Below are positions 13,633-27,886 of a DNA stretch of 64,000 nucleotides, piece after piece (position 1 is the stretch's first letter; every line of letters starts with the position of its first letter). The position numbers and the translations under genes were made by a program. The stretch comes from Ptychomitrium polyphyllum. Taxonomy: Eukaryota. The notes under the pieces were generated by a model. It saw only the letters and a program-made list of their open reading frames with translations, ran no database searches and was not told where the DNA came from. Location: the NCBI GenBank assembly GCA_973851085.1, contig OZ316775.1, positions 14,012,001 through 14,076,000 on the forward strand, in the 5' to 3' direction.

Positions 13633-14802
13633 CTTATGTCTTTAATAGCCATCAGCTGATGTAAAAATCAACGATCATCATGAATTTGAAATAGAAGTAT
13701 TTGAGTCACAAATTAAACGTGGAAAGCTAGAGTATATGGTCCATTGGCGCAAATATAATATCAGTGAATGTATATGGAAGCCAACTAATAATCTTACCAA
13801 TTCACCAATAAAAATTCTTGAGTTCCATCAATAATATCCATCCAAACAAAAAGTAGTCGCACAAAGAACAGTGATTTGGTAAGGTTGCGTAACCGTGAAG
13901 GCTCTTGATGCTTAAGCTTTTAAATAGGAGAGAAAACAATTTTTAAATCATAAGTTTCCAAAGCTTCAAACATGATCTAGAAATTAGTTGTTTGTATTTT
14001 GAAGTTTATCATAGTTTTTTGAAATTATTTGATATATTAGATATGGACAGTCAAGATGCAAATACCATGCCAGTGATATCACCTCAACCAAGTGACTCTT
14101 GTCAACAATCTCATGATAAAGAACAGATTGGACCAAAAAGACGTTGAAGGATATTTTGCAATAGATCAGTAGTAATTGCCTTTGAAGTGGAGCCAGCTTA
14201 TAAAGGTTATCCAAAAGCAGTGTATAAAGGAAGCTTTCACAACAAAGATAGAAAAGTTCATGCTTGGTTCCAAGTAGAAGGTATTGAAAACTATTGGTGG
14301 TTATAAGGATTCATAAACCATTTGAATCGTAAAAAGCAATTGGAGTATATTGCAAACACCATGTAACAAATGTTTTACTTCTTACGACTTTGGCCACTTG
14401 TTGCAACATGCTTCTTGGAAACCTCAGAGCTAGAGGGAGGTTATGTCATGGACATACATATTAGAAGCATCTAGAAATATTCTTAAAAGGTTTAAAAAGC
14501 TTCCATAGAAATTACCTCGGCTTAGGAAGCTTCCAAGGAAACAATTCAAAGTTGCTTGAGTACAAAGCAATGTATTAAAAGCTTCCCAAGAAGCTTTCAA
14601 GGCTTATAATTCTAGTATACATAAGAGTCAAGGCTGAAAGAATCTTCAGTCTCAACAACGCATCTCTTGTGGTTTAGCTTAGACTTTTTGGCCTTGTTTT
14701 TGTACCTTATTATAGCTCTTTACTTCTTATATACCTTGATCATATCTTATTCCACATCTTGGAATCTTGAAGCCTTGTCTTGTAATTACTGTATCCGTAA
14801 TA
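13633..14802 (+). mobile_element. 3' end of a family B Gypsy element: chromodomain remnant, 3' region, PPT and LTR (14444-14802)
   Basis: HEFEIE..KRGKLEYMVHW..IW-like chromodomain at about 13680-13790; agagggagg before tgtcatggac; homologous to 50383-51394. Confidence 0.8.
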
Positions 14803-17800
14803 TCTTATGTTATTTTATTATTCTCATGTCTTCAATTCTTGACTTGCTTTCTCATCATATATGTGCAAAGCCTTGTATATGCGCTTGCCAAAACATTGGT
14901 CAACACATTCTTGCTTTTGAAGATGACTTTGCTATCTTTGAAGCCCTCCTCAAGCCTTTAGATGCTCCAAAACTTTCACCTACAAAAGCAAAGAAGAATA
15001 AGAACTTGATTAGTCTTTTTCTGAATCAACTCTTTACAAAGAAGCCAAAACGCAATTAAATTGCTCGTGCGTAAGTTTGTTGTTGTTTCTTCTACTATTT
15101 CATCTATCTACATAATATATCTATTTTTTTTCAATCATTAGTTATTTTCTTTATCTTGCACAAATTTTTGCCTCTCTTGCTTATTTTTTTGCCTGTTTAA
15201 TACATAAATTTTAGCCCATTATCTATATTTATGTTTCCTTGCTATGTTGAATAAATGGCAATAATTTTTGAAGTAGTTCCTTCTTAAGTTCCTTCTCATG
15301 TTCCTTGTTTGTGTAGTACTCATACTAAACAATTTTTGGATGTAAAAGCTATGGAAGGTAGTAACAATGAAGAAAGTAAAGACAAACTTGCATACAAACA
15401 ATCTAATTGTAGCACCTCTATTTAAGCCTGAACATAGTTACACTTAAATTTTTGGTTTTGCAATTTGTTTAAATTTCTAACCTACCTATAATGTTTTATT
15501 CTATGTGCATTAATGTAATATATTTTGTTTTGATTTTTTTATGTTTTTTATTTGATTTGTTTATTTTTGCATGAATCTTGCCTTTATTTATAAATATTTT
15601 TGCTTATGCCGGCATCTTCTTTGTTGCTTAGGACTAAGTTTCTTTTTAAAACAATGGACTTTGAAATAAATAAAGGATTGATCCTAATTTGCATAGAATT
15701 GAAGCTCCAAACAAGTTGAAGATGTTGAGTATACAAGTTTTGAAGAAAAAATCTAGTTAAAATGAGCATGTTTCATGTTGATGGTACTAAAGAAGTTCAA
15801 TAATTCTTCTTTTTTTGCTAATAATTCAAGTTCTAAATTACATGGACATATATAATAAGGCCGCCACTACTTATGAATTTATCACTTTGATACATTCTTC
15901 TCTAAAAGGTGAAATTTGAATGGATTTTAAATTGTTCCATTATGTATAGAATATTTTGCCAAGTCCTTAGCATTCAAATGTTAAAAATTATCCAACCTTG
16001 TACTTGTAGTGCTAATTATTAAAAAGCTTGTAATATTGCCAACTTTATATAATAAACCTTCAATATGAAACAATTTATTCTTCAAAATCTTTTGTATATT
16101 ATATTCTTTCATATATCACTTCAATGACAATATCCGTATTTTAATATATATTAAATTGTACAAGGCCAATAAGTTTAAATCTTCAAAGAGTTGTTGCAAT
16201 GTATTCCGTTTTTATTAAATTTTTGCAATGTACAATAAAAAAAACCATGTCTATTGTACATTGTATTACAATAATGTACAAATAAATGACAACTAAAATT
16301 TGCACTTTTACTATTGTCATGTTAGTTTGTTTTATTATAAAAAAATTTGGACCATAATATAGTAGACAACACCAATATTTTAGAGATACGCAAGCATAAG
16401 GGAATTGAAAAGTTTTAGATGAGTTTTGACCTCATCAATATGATTTTCATCAAATATTGAATTTTGATTAATATTGTGCAATTAAGTTTTTAAGCAATAA
16501 GTTTCAAATGACTACTTCAATGCTTAAAATTTTAAAATTTAGTATAAAATTAACTAGTTGTTGAGACCATTTGTTTTAGTTTAATAATAGATTATATCAA
16601 ATTTAAAATAGGAACAAGTTTTAAGTCCTTCAAACTTAAAATGAATAGGATTAAGTTCTCTACTAATATATTAATTTGTATAGAATAAATATGGATGCTG
16701 AAATTTGTTGCAATCTATCCATGTGAAATAATATAATTTCTATTAAATTTCATTATTCCACTACTTTTTATAATCATGGCCTATACTTTATATTTGATAG
16801 AGCTAAAAAATTCTATCAAAAATATAAAAGCTAAAATACTTGCATATAGCCACTATAAGTTTTTTTAAATTTTTCTCTTTGATCAAATGCATTTACAGCC
16901 TAAATTCTTTTTTGATTTCTTATAGTTGAATGTATATAAGCTATGACAATTTTTAGCAACATACTTGCTATCTTTGGTATACATCTCAACTAAAAAATTG
17001 ACTTTGATAGTTTTAATTACAAATATATGTTTTTTATTTGAATTGTTACAAGCAATGTCAAAACAATCAAAGCATTACATGATGATTATAATTTCATTGA
17101 CATTGATTCTACAACTAAAACCTGTAAATATCTAAATTCTTCAAAAACATATATTTGTATATATAAATGATGCTTGCAATAAAAGTGTTTGGCTCTACAA
17201 TAATATTCACCATCCCATTTGATGACTCCATTGGAGCTAAGGCCTATTTAAAAGGAAGATTTTTATTCTTCAACATTATGTGCATATTGTAGACTCTAGA
17301 GGAATGCGGCTAATGATGTTAAGTAAGCAAAGAGTCAAATTGCTAAAGAATTTGAGAGCTGTAAATCTAAACTAAGCTTAATAAATCCAAAATGGAATAA
17401 TTATTCATCTCCAAAATTCCACTATATTTTAAGGTGGAGTCCATTAGTACAAAATTAAATCAAAAAAATAAATTGTAATATAACGTATTATTTATCAACG
17501 AAGTATGCTTGTTATTTTTGATAATATTCTACACCTAAAAATATTCATTGCTAAGTCAAGTCTAGTATTGGAGTTAATGGATGATAAAAATTAATTGTGA
17601 TTATAGGATCTTGCTTCCGTAATTACATGTTGTTATGGTAAAAGAGCTTTGTTTTGAGAAAGCATTGGACCTTTGGCTGCTACTAATCACTCAAAAGATT
17701 GACAAGATGGTATTTACCTAGTTATTTAAGTGAAATAATTCTTTAATCATGCTTTTTAAGCTTTGTAAAGATCACAATCCAAACCCAAACCATAACTACA

Positions 17801-20479
17801 TACTACCATCATAAATCCGCTTACAATTTTGCTTATATTTCCTATTATAAGAATTCAATGTATCTGATATTTTGACATTATATTTTTCAAATTTATTTAA
17901 AATAATGGTATAAATTTCATAACCATAGCTACTATAAGCATTGAGAAACATGCTTTCAAAGTTCTCACTTCCCATTGCCACAGCTTGTGGACCTCCTCTA
18001 CTTTACCATTTCATAACTTCTTTTCTCTTACAAACATAAACTTAAAAATTTATATACATATTTATGATCTTACAAAAAACACGTCACCAAAATATCAACA
18101 TCAGAAATTCCTTAAATCCTCTCTTATGGCCCAAAATGTACAACCCCAATTCTTCTATATACGGCTCTCAAAGTCCTGACTACAATTTTTCTTATATCTT
18201 CCACTATACAAGCCTTTTTTTCTCTAAATTTTTACAATATCATCATGAAGTAGTTAAAATATTACTATTCAAATTTCATTATCAAATTTGAAATACACAA
18301 AAAGTTATAAGCACCCAAAGCAGCTACTCCTTCAAACTCAAGGCATTTGACTCAACTTCACTCAAACTAGAGCCATGGTTACATACTAATTCCAAATGGA
18401 GCGTGTGATAATATCCTAGAAAATTAACAAAAAAATATATATATCCAATAAAAATCAAATCAAACTAAGAAGTGTACTACAAGATATAATCAAAGGAAGG
18501 GCTGCCTTTAGTAATAAGTGGGAGAGGGCGAGAGAGAAGAAGAAGGTGGTGGTCAAACTGCCACATCCGCCTCTTATCACTCCACATCAACATTTTTTCT
18601 CCACATCAGCCTCTAATCTCTTTTATCGAGCTCTTATCTAATCATATTTTCAAATAAAAAACAACTTAAATCCTTTTCTTTTGCTTTTCTTTCTTTCTTA
18701 CTTTTGGTTGAAACTTCTAAGTTTCAAACCACAAAAGAAGACATAACTAATCCTCACAAATCTAAAGTAAGAAACTAAAACTACAATAAAAGGAAGAAAA
18801 TAGGAAAAAGATTGAAATTCAATGAATATAAAGTTACTGTTGAGGTAGAATCAAACACCAAGCCACATATTTGGTTGACTAGATAAAGTTCAGCAGTAAA
18901 ATTGGTCCGAGTTCAATTCTCATTGGGTTTGTAGATTGAGATGGCGGTACTTAGCTTGGTACTACTAGTGAGAACGGTAAGCAGGAAAATAACATAGTCA
19001 ACCAATGCCTTCACCTTGAGCTAAGACAAGATGCAGTTCTACCTCTAAGACACTTAAAACCGTGGTTTCACTACAATCTTTTTCACCTAATTTTTTTTTT
19101 CATTCTAGTATTCTTTTATAAAACACAATAAATCAAAATCCACAAAATAATATATATTAGCTAAGTTTTATGCCATATGACTATTTACAGCACAACAACG
19201 TATCTTCTACGGTACTAGAATATTTAACTGTTTAATTTGCATGTATCTCTTTTGCATATCATTAAAATTTGTTTTTTTTACAAAAAAATTATTTCTTAAT
19301 TATACAATTATGAGCACTAATTTATCCTAAAATCTTGAATTCATTTCTCACATTCCATTGCTCATTACTCGTATTTTATTGCTCACATAATAGCACATTT
19401 CAATTTATTAATGATGATTTTCTTTCAAATCAAACAAAGTTCATTCTTTAGAAATGCTATACATAAATTGATTTTGATTCAAAAAATAATTATTTATAAA
19501 TTTCAATCATTTTTAAGTTGAAGTTAATGGATTTTTATATTTTTAATGATTTTAAAATATTAATAGTATAAGAAATTAAACATTAATCAACAACTCAAGT
19601 TGACATTTCTTAAATTAGAACGGATTGGTAATTTGCAATATTTAGGATTCAATTAGATGTTCAATTTGTAATTAAATTTAATGTATTTAAAAAATACTAT
19701 TTTAGAATGGCTGGCATTTTTGTTTATTAGCCTCTTTTGAGCGTTTTTGAATTTTTTTGTATATTTTATCTTTACTAATAGATTTTCTTACATAATTTTA
19801 AAGTCTTTTGCTGTATTAAATTGCTTTTGAATGTGAGTCAAAGTCTAATTCAAATATAACAATTACTTTTGAAGATTATTAAATGTACATTACTAAATGC
19901 TATTATTTTTTATTATTAAATGTAGTCAGATTTCCAAATTATGCAATGACTGGCTAATAAAAAAGTATTCAAAAGGTATTTTTCCACACTTAACAAGAGG
20001 CGCTACAAATATTAATATATTATTCATTTCTTTCAACATTATTTTCAGATTTACATTTATTGAAGCATATATGTATGAAATTATTTTATAAATTGCTCTA
20101 GAATGTGGATTTAATAAATTTCCATGTATTTAAAAAATAATTTTATGAGATATTAAGCAATTATGGAAATATTCAAAAAATAGTATATTATTTTGTATAT
20201 TTATAAACTTATTAGATTAGAATTTAGTAAACTTAATAAATATAAAAGCTAGCTTTAAAAACTTTATTAAATTGTTCATTCTATAAATATATCAAATTAA
20301 AAGTTTTATTTATATGAACTATAATTTATAGATCCAAAGAAATTGTAGTCATTACCATAAATGGAAACATAAGATAAAGATTTAAAACTCAATGATGGAA
20401 TAATTAGACATATTATGAAGAATCATGAAAAAATACGAGGCACTAGGATTTGACCTGGACTATAAGAGACATGTTGTTA

Positions 20480-20735
20480 AAATTGAAGATCTTTTCAATC
20501 TTAGTTCCTATACATATTATAGATTTAGAATCTTTTAAAGTTTCTCAAAAAGCTACCAATATGAACACTTCAGATTGCTTCTTTTGAAGCTTTTTTAACT
20601 TATTGAAACATTCCAAAACTAAAGTGGTTTCTTCAAGAATTTCTTGTAGATGCCTAGGCTTCTGAAGAGCCTTCTTGAACTTTCTTTGACCTTCTTGGTA
20701 CTTTTAAAAGCTTCTAATACATATTTGGATTAGTC
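20480..20735 (-). mobile_element. Highly decayed LTR-like remnant
   Basis: Shares ctttgac(c/t)ttcttggt..aaaagcttctaata with 38560-38790 and resembles the reverse complement of the family B LTR start; boundaries approximate. Confidence 0.35.
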
Positions 20736-21278
20736 ATCCATTTTATTTTAATGAATAAATGTTATTGATTTACTTTCCATATTATGTTTTATAGGTTAAA
20801 TTAGCTCTTCATTCTTTCTAAACTACATATAGTCAAAAAGCGCAAATAATATGACATTTTCTATTATTAATTAAAAAAAAGATTACTATAATTTTTCAAA
20901 AAGTTACTTGAATTTATTTAATTCTTTATAAAATAACTACTTCAATTCCAATGTGGATGAAAAACTATTCTATAACAAAACTATAAGAATGAGTATGAGA
21001 ATGTGTAAAATAAAATACACCACAATAACTTATTTCACTACTACATACTGCAAAAAAAATCTTTAATAAAAAAACCAAATGGATGAGAACCAGGCATGAT
21101 GAAAATGGATGATAGTTATGGATGACCAAATGAATAAAATCAAGCATAATTCGGTGGCTTAAGCGTTCTAGAGTTAACCCGGAGATGCGCTTTCATCCGA
21201 GAAAACCCTGTAAAGCCTGTTATCCCAATAGCAGACGAACACTGATTGATAGCCACGAGGCTGGGACCCGCCCGGCAG

Positions 21279-21450
21279 CCCTACGACCGCCAAGAGAACC
21301 CCTACGACCGCCAAGAGAACCCCTACGACCGCCAAGAGAACCCCCTACGACCGCCAGGAGAAACCCTACGACCGAGAAGAACCCCTACGACCGCCAAGAG
21401 AGCCCCTACGGCCCTTCAACCGAGAGCCCTAAGACCGAAGGAGAGCCTAT
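21279..21450. repeat. 21-bp GC-rich minisatellite (ccctacgaccgccaagagaac), about 8 copies decaying toward the 3' end
   Basis: First three copies essentially perfect; lies about 215-390 bp upstream of the ALKBH1-like ATG. Confidence 0.9.
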
Positions 21451-21664
21451 GATTGGGCGCCGAAACGCGCGCCGCGGGGATGTCGTCGTGGGCGGTGGTG
21501 AAGAGTGAGGCAGAAGCTGGAATTGCAGACTGGAATGCAAAGTGGGGATTTTCTATGGTCTGTCCTTGCACTGATCGGAGACCTGCGTGATATGTGGTTG
21601 TCGTGAACAAGGGAAGTCAGGTTTTGCATCGGTTTGGTGTGCAGTTGGGTACCAAGTTGGAGGG

Positions 21665-24386
21665 ATGGGCTACGCCGACGCCCAGGAAGGCGCTCTCTCT
21701 CGTACTGTCTTCCGCTCCGCTGAGAAGAAGTACAAGCGCTACACGCATGTCTCCGCCAAGACTCGGAATCAGCGGTTCCGTCGGTATTGCCTCTTCCCTT
21801 CCATCTCGGTTCACATGTGCTCTTTTCCTGCGGCGTTGTTGTTTTTGTGCGATGTGGAGGTCGCACGACGCCTTTAAAATGATGTTTTGCTTCAGAGGTT
21901 TGTTTCATTCTTGATGGTGAGGCTATTTTGACAGGGCTCAAGTTCCTGAGACCGATGTGTCGGAGGTTTTGGATTTTAAGAAGATTGCTGCTGATGAGAA
22001 TTCTGCGGTGGTAGGAGTGTCTTGTGTCGAGGCTTACGATTGGCAAGTGTACAAGATTGATAACCATCCTGGTAAGTGATGCAGGAATTTTTATGTTTCG
22101 AAGCTTTGATGTCCCACACTTTGTGGTCTCCTGGACGTTGCAGTTATAGAAAGCCCGCAGTATAGGATGTTAATCACTTTCGTTCATGATGATAATCTCG
22201 TTGTAATCCTCTTTGGTAACTGGTGGGATAATCATTCTAATAACTGAGAGTGTTTTTACACTTTTTGAAAGTGCAGGATTCTTCTTTATTCCTGGAGCTC
22301 TCACGAAGGTCGAACAACTTCACTGGGCCACTCAATGCTTGACAACTTTCCCACAGCCTCCGAATCGGACAAATCATAATGCTATATTTGGTCCTATTGC
22401 CAATCTGTGGGCGGCTTTTCAAGAGAACAAAATGTTGGTGGAGATTGCTTCTGACAAACAGGAATGCAATTCAGTTTCTGACCTAACAGAAACTGATAGC
22501 ACTAGTACACCACAAAGTGTTGGTGAAGAAGTCTCCTATGAAGTGACGACAGCAGAGCGAAATAGGTTTCATGATGACGGAACGACTGCTTCAGGAATTG
22601 GTAATGGAAAATATATTTGTCTTACTCTGGGTACATATATGCTTCTGATTTAACAGATGATTCACTGCAATGCTTTCGTAGCGTTTTCTGCGTTTTTGCA
22701 ATTCTGGTCTTTTGTTATTGGGCAGTGAAAGCAAATTTTGTGCTCACAGCATGAATTTGGTGCCAGGTTGTGGAAAGAGTTGGGAATTTCATAATAATTC
22801 AAAAAATGATTTGGGAAGACCAACAAAGTCGGTCTCAGCTGAAACTTTGGTGAGGAAGTTGAGATGGGCTACGGTTGGCATCCAATTCGATTGGTCTAAG
22901 GTATTTCGCGCTTTTTATCTCACCTACATTTTGTATCTTGTGGACTTTTCTGGGTTGGCCGCGCTTCCAAATGATTATGGGTGTATCATTTTAATTTTTG
23001 TGCGAATGGTTCATAAATTTTCTAGTATGTAGATATATTCTAAACTCCCGCTGAATTCATGCACGCTTCTGTGAGGTTATTTTAGTGTTACAGTAAATGT
23101 ATGAGAAGTGTAGAACTAATTCATTGCGTGTTTCACCATCTGGCAGCGAGCGTACGATGAGGCTCTTCCATTTCAAGAAATTTCACCCAGGTTGGCAGAA
23201 TTAGCGGCAAGGCTTGCAAAGCCAGCTATGGAGGATGAGGATTTCAGAGCAGAAGCAGCAATCGTTAATTTTTATGGCCCTGGTATTCTGCGGGAAAATG
23301 CAGATTGCATGGATGATAATATGCAATTACAATGTAGTGGTGGTGTTAATATTAAAACTCGTTTCACTGCAGTGGCAAAAGGAATATGCTGTCTTTTTCT
23401 CTCTATATTTTGGTGCAAACATCAAAGCCCTGCCTAGGGCTGCTTTGAGCTCGTCTGCAGTTTAAGTTGACATGAATAAGGGATGGTTGCAGCTATAGTT
23501 TCTTGTGAGTTTAAAGCACCGCACTGGAAATTTGTATAATGTTTCTATCATGACCAACCTACAGCTCGAAGTTGGTTTTAATGGGCAATGGTTATGGTGG
23601 ATGACAGATGATATGTTGGGGGGACATGTTGACGATATGGAGGCAGACATGAGCAAGCCCATTGTCAGTATCAGGTGTTTTTCTACTTAATCGTGAAGAT
23701 CAGCATCTTTCGGATCTATTCCTATTCAACTAATACACGTTGACATAGTTGTTATAATTCTGTCTCAGTTTGATGGTGTAACTACTATCATCCAGAGCTG
23801 CATTTTGAAGAGAATCGCGCTTTGGAAGACAGTAAATTGCACTGTCATCTCAGCACGTTAGTAGACTGGCTTAGAATAGAAATTTAGATCATCTTCTCGC
23901 AATTTTATATTCTGATTGTCTTCTTGCAATTCTATATTCTGATTGTCTTCTTGTATCAGTACTGATGTCTTCAAACTCTTCATTGTTGACAGCTTAGGTT
24001 GCAAGGCTGTATTTCTATTAGGAGGCTCAACCCGGGATGAAACCCCGTTAGCAATGTTTGTAAGAAGTGGAGATGTGGTGCTTATGGCCGGTTCTGCTCG
24101 ACACTGTTTTCATGGTAAGTTGATCCACTTGCTTCACTGGGTTTATTTGCAGAGATTAACAAGCAAAATAAAAGATTCAGTTTGTAGTAGTATGTATGAC
24201 TATTCTAAGTACAACTATAGTCTTGCTTATTTGTGTCCAGGTGTACCTCGTATATTTAGTGATGAGAAGGAATCAGAGTTACCAGACTTCACATCTGTGC
24301 CAGATGTGGATGGGGTTCATCTAAGCCCAATACTGCATTATCTTAAAAATTCACGTATTAATGTGAACATTCGACAAGTTCATTGA
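21665..24386 (+). CDS. ALKBH1: AlkB homolog 1-like Fe(II)/2-oxoglutarate dioxygenase, 8 exons, about 391 aa
   Basis: GT-AG exons 21665-21774, 21935-22071, 22277-22600, 22767-22900, 23147-23282, 23608-23674, 23993-24114 and 24241-24386 join in frame. Motifs FRSAEKKYK, KLRWATVG, AEAAIVNFY, GGHVDDME (HxD), CFHGVPR and RINVNIRQV. Confidence 0.92.
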
Positions 24387-25249
24387 AGTATGGAGGTATG
24401 CTGTCAGATTAGTTAGTGCACCTTCTTTTGGGTACAACGAACTTCTCACTCACTAGGTATGTCCCGACATTGCATCTGATTAGCAGAAAAGCCCGTGGAA
24501 AAGTGGATGCTCAATTTGAGTGCTGGAAGTATAGATGAGCCATAGCAAGCGGAGGGTTTGGCCACTTGTGGTTCTTTGAATGCCACTGGAGTGCCGTTGG
24601 TGCTTAATAATTTTTATTTGATTCCATGTGCCAAAGGCCATAAGCAAATTGTCGATTCTCATGGAGTAAATTTAATAATTTACTTGACATCTAGAAACTT
24701 GCTTGTAGACACCAAACTTAAGATGTTACTGTGGAATCAACCTCAATCAACTATACAATCTTCTTGTGACACTCATTGTAAAGAAGTTAAATGCATATTA
24801 TCATCAAAGTTAGGCCTCTTTGAAAATGGCGTGCCAACAAGTCATGATAATTTACTTTAATTGAAGGATCTATGCCAGTTGACAATACTCCGTCTATCTC
24901 CATTCGCAACCTTACTCATAGGATGACTTCAAATGGAATGTGACTTGTCACAAGCCATGCCATGCCATGCCAATCCATAGCTACATACATAGCATTTAGA
25001 TGTTAATTCTCAATTTATTATTGGAACTTTATCTTATAATTGTTGGAGAATCTTGGGTGCTCTCCAAAAGCCGGTTCCCATCACCCCCACTGAACACACA
25101 TAATCAATCACTCTTGCATTGTATATTCCATCTTCCAAATATGGTCCGTTTGTGGTTGTGCTACACACAAGGATATTCAAGGACACTGGCTGCTTTTACG
25201 CCGTTCTGCAAGATCGGCGGCTATTGCACGTACAACGTGCTCGTATCAT

Positions 25250-26100
25250 CAGCTATTTGTTTCATGAGATGAGGCCCTTGCTTGGGAGTGAAGAAAGGGC
25301 TTTGGTTGCAGGAATGCTGCATGATCTGCTGATCCATTACTGTCCGCAAATCTCCCAGATGCCTTCACATCACATACGCAAATATGTCCAACAACCTCTT
25401 GGCTTTCAACAACGTCGCCCCCTTTAATAGTGAACGGTATGTATACCCCGGCGTGTTTCTCACTTGCCACCAAACCCCTTATAAGCAAAATCTCAGATAT
25501 TTCCTCATCGTTCTCAGGAATTTGCTGAAAAACAATGTGGTCACCGTGCCGCATATACCTTCTACTTTTGAGCACCTCAAAGTACTCGCGATTAGTCTTT
25601 CCCGAATGCTTTGTCTGGGGCATTGAGGAATCCACCTCGCTCCAGTGCAATGTTGAGGCATCAATCCTGGTCTCCACTTCGGTGCTGAATTCGCTTTTTT
25701 TCTCAATCATGTGTTGAACGCGTGTAGTGGTACCACGACTTGATGTTCCACTTCTGACCATTTTCCTCGCCATCTTTCCGAAGAGCTTTGCTGCTAAAAC
25801 ACCCTATGGCGATTGTGCGCTTCTGTACCGTCACAGAGTACAGTCGCTTGGTTTTGGGATTGATGAGCTTGAAAGCACTGAGTACCTGCACCGATCGGTC
25901 AGTATCAGATATGTAAGCAAAAATTCCACCAAGTTTGCACTCCCGCCTGGAGCTGCTCTTGCAGCTTTCCGAATTCTGAATCTTAAATCAGAAATTTGAA
26001 AGTAAGAAAGATCGCCATTGAAGAGAAGCAAAGCATTTTATGAAGGTTTAACAAAATGACCCTATCCAAAACATCTTCACGTAACCCTAAGTTGCCACTT
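25250..26100 (-). pseudogene. Possible degenerate F-box-type gene remnant
   Basis: Fragments in different minus frames: LREDVLDRVILLNL (F-box-like), KLINPKTK, WSEVDSSMP..EYFEVL; no continuous ORF; weak similarity judged by eye only. Confidence 0.3.
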
Positions 26101-27886
26101 TAAAACCATGCAAGAGACTGAAGAGACTGATATCTTCTTATGCATGGACGGACTTCGTCAACTAGGAAATCTTGCAACCAAAGCATGACACAAGGTCAAT
26201 GCACATCGACTTGAACCGCCGGCTATAGCTGCGGTACCGGTGTAAGCAGGAGATAGTTAATAAATCATGAAGTAGGTTGCGGAGGTTGGCTAAACCTCAA
26301 ACCCTGGCAACAGCATCCAGCCACGCAGCAGCCGTGGTAACATTTTCCACTTGAGAGAGGATATATACTTGGAGACGGCAATATGGGGAGTCTCAAGAGA
26401 CTTTGTAGCAGAGATCACTCGCTCACGCACAGGTGAAAGCTCACATAGTTCTGTGAGAGTATGTTTAACTTGTGAAATTGAAATATTGCACTGTAGCCAG
26501 TCTGAGATACTCGCCCTATTTACTTTTCTGTATTGATTTAATATCCAATGTTACAATGCGCCATTATTGATCAGTTGATGATTGCCTGATTTTTGTGTTG
26601 TTGGTATTTGTGGTGTGAACCAGACCCTGAAAGTTGAATGAGGTCGTGTCTATTGATTAAAGCTTGGTACTCATTTCCTACATTCTTGACTAAGATCACC
26701 TGCACTCCTAAAGGCTGCTCTAACATCCCCACAGATTTGCATACCTTAACCTGCAATTGCGTTGTCTGATTCTATCATAATATTGAGTTTATTTTGACAC
26801 AAGCGATAACTTTGCTGTCACTGTTGTTGACGTGAGTTAAGTAGCATTAGTCTCTATTTTATGATGCTGGTCCAGAATTGGAAGGAAATGCAATATAAAG
26901 CTTGAATATGCAAGTACATTCTTTACAGAGTGTCTGCTACATTGGCTCAGGTTCTGGAGGAATCGAACGAAGATTCAAGATTAACTGCTTTGCTACAAAC
27001 ATCCCAAAGTTTTGCATTTGCCACCTAGGTCCCACAAGTTACTTTGTGAGGACGCACCTACGCTAAGACAAGTGTAGCAATGTTATGCAAGGGATAGCGA
27101 AGGACTCCCCCTCAGTTTATACATGCGGCGGATGAAGAGTAGATGAACTGAGATGCAAGTGTAGTTCCGATCTAAGATGTCGTGAGGTTTGCAGTACGTA
27201 TCGTTCGGTATTGCATTTTCTTTCAAGCTCCTGGTAATGTTGCAAGCCAACAACTTACTTTCGGGTAACGTTTTGTCCGTGTGCCCTACCTTACATTGTT
27301 GCTGCTAGACACGACATTTGCTTCGCTGGAAACCGTCTAGAGACTCTCACGGCTTTGATTTTGAAGTCTCGCAGCGCTAGTTTCTTGGAGTCACGACAAA
27401 CCATCTCCTTACAGCCATTTAGAATGTGAAGGTTCAACCGATCACGGTTTGCAATGTAGCAGCGTGAACAAAACTATGCTTATCGTTGATTGTGGAGAGT
27501 GTTGGTGGAAACGTTGTGGCGCGTGAAGTTATGGATATGTTTCGCTGATACGATTAGAAGTAGTACCTGATTGTGGTGACGAAGAGTGCCTCGAACTCAA
27601 CCGCAAGCGCCATGGCTCAGATCAGAGATAGCGGGAGGGCCTTGATTTCACATCGCTTAGAGGACTTTAAAATTTCTATTTGAGGGCGAGTGTTCAGCAC
27701 AGACACGAATTTGAGCCGAGTCCTCTCGACAATCGGTGGAGGATAATGCTCAGAGCTGTGATGTCAGATTAATAGTCTGAGAACTAATTTACATCCTTAA
27801 AACCTAAACCTTGGGCAAAGTTTATGCGTTGGTCTGTTCATCTCACTCCTTTTAAGAATGAGTCTTCCGGCAGAGGATCTTAGGGA

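Noticed and set aside
15200..18400. Specific call as Helitron or MULE
   Set aside because: No diagnostic termini or convincing catalytic motifs could be read.
18870..18930. tRNA/SINE-like A-box and B-box (ccgagttcaattctc)
   Set aside because: No cloverleaf or acceptor stem could be formed; the motif is too short to support a call.
21279..21450. CRISPR-like array or repeat-protein ORFs (21185-21508, 21246-21452)
   Set aside because: Repeats are contiguous with no unique spacers, the context is eukaryotic, and the ORFs are by-products of the minisatellite.
23900..23955. 27-bp tandem duplication in an ALKBH1 intron (a similar short repeat at about 60124-60170 in PIG-U)
   Set aside because: Ordinary short slippage duplications away from splice sites.
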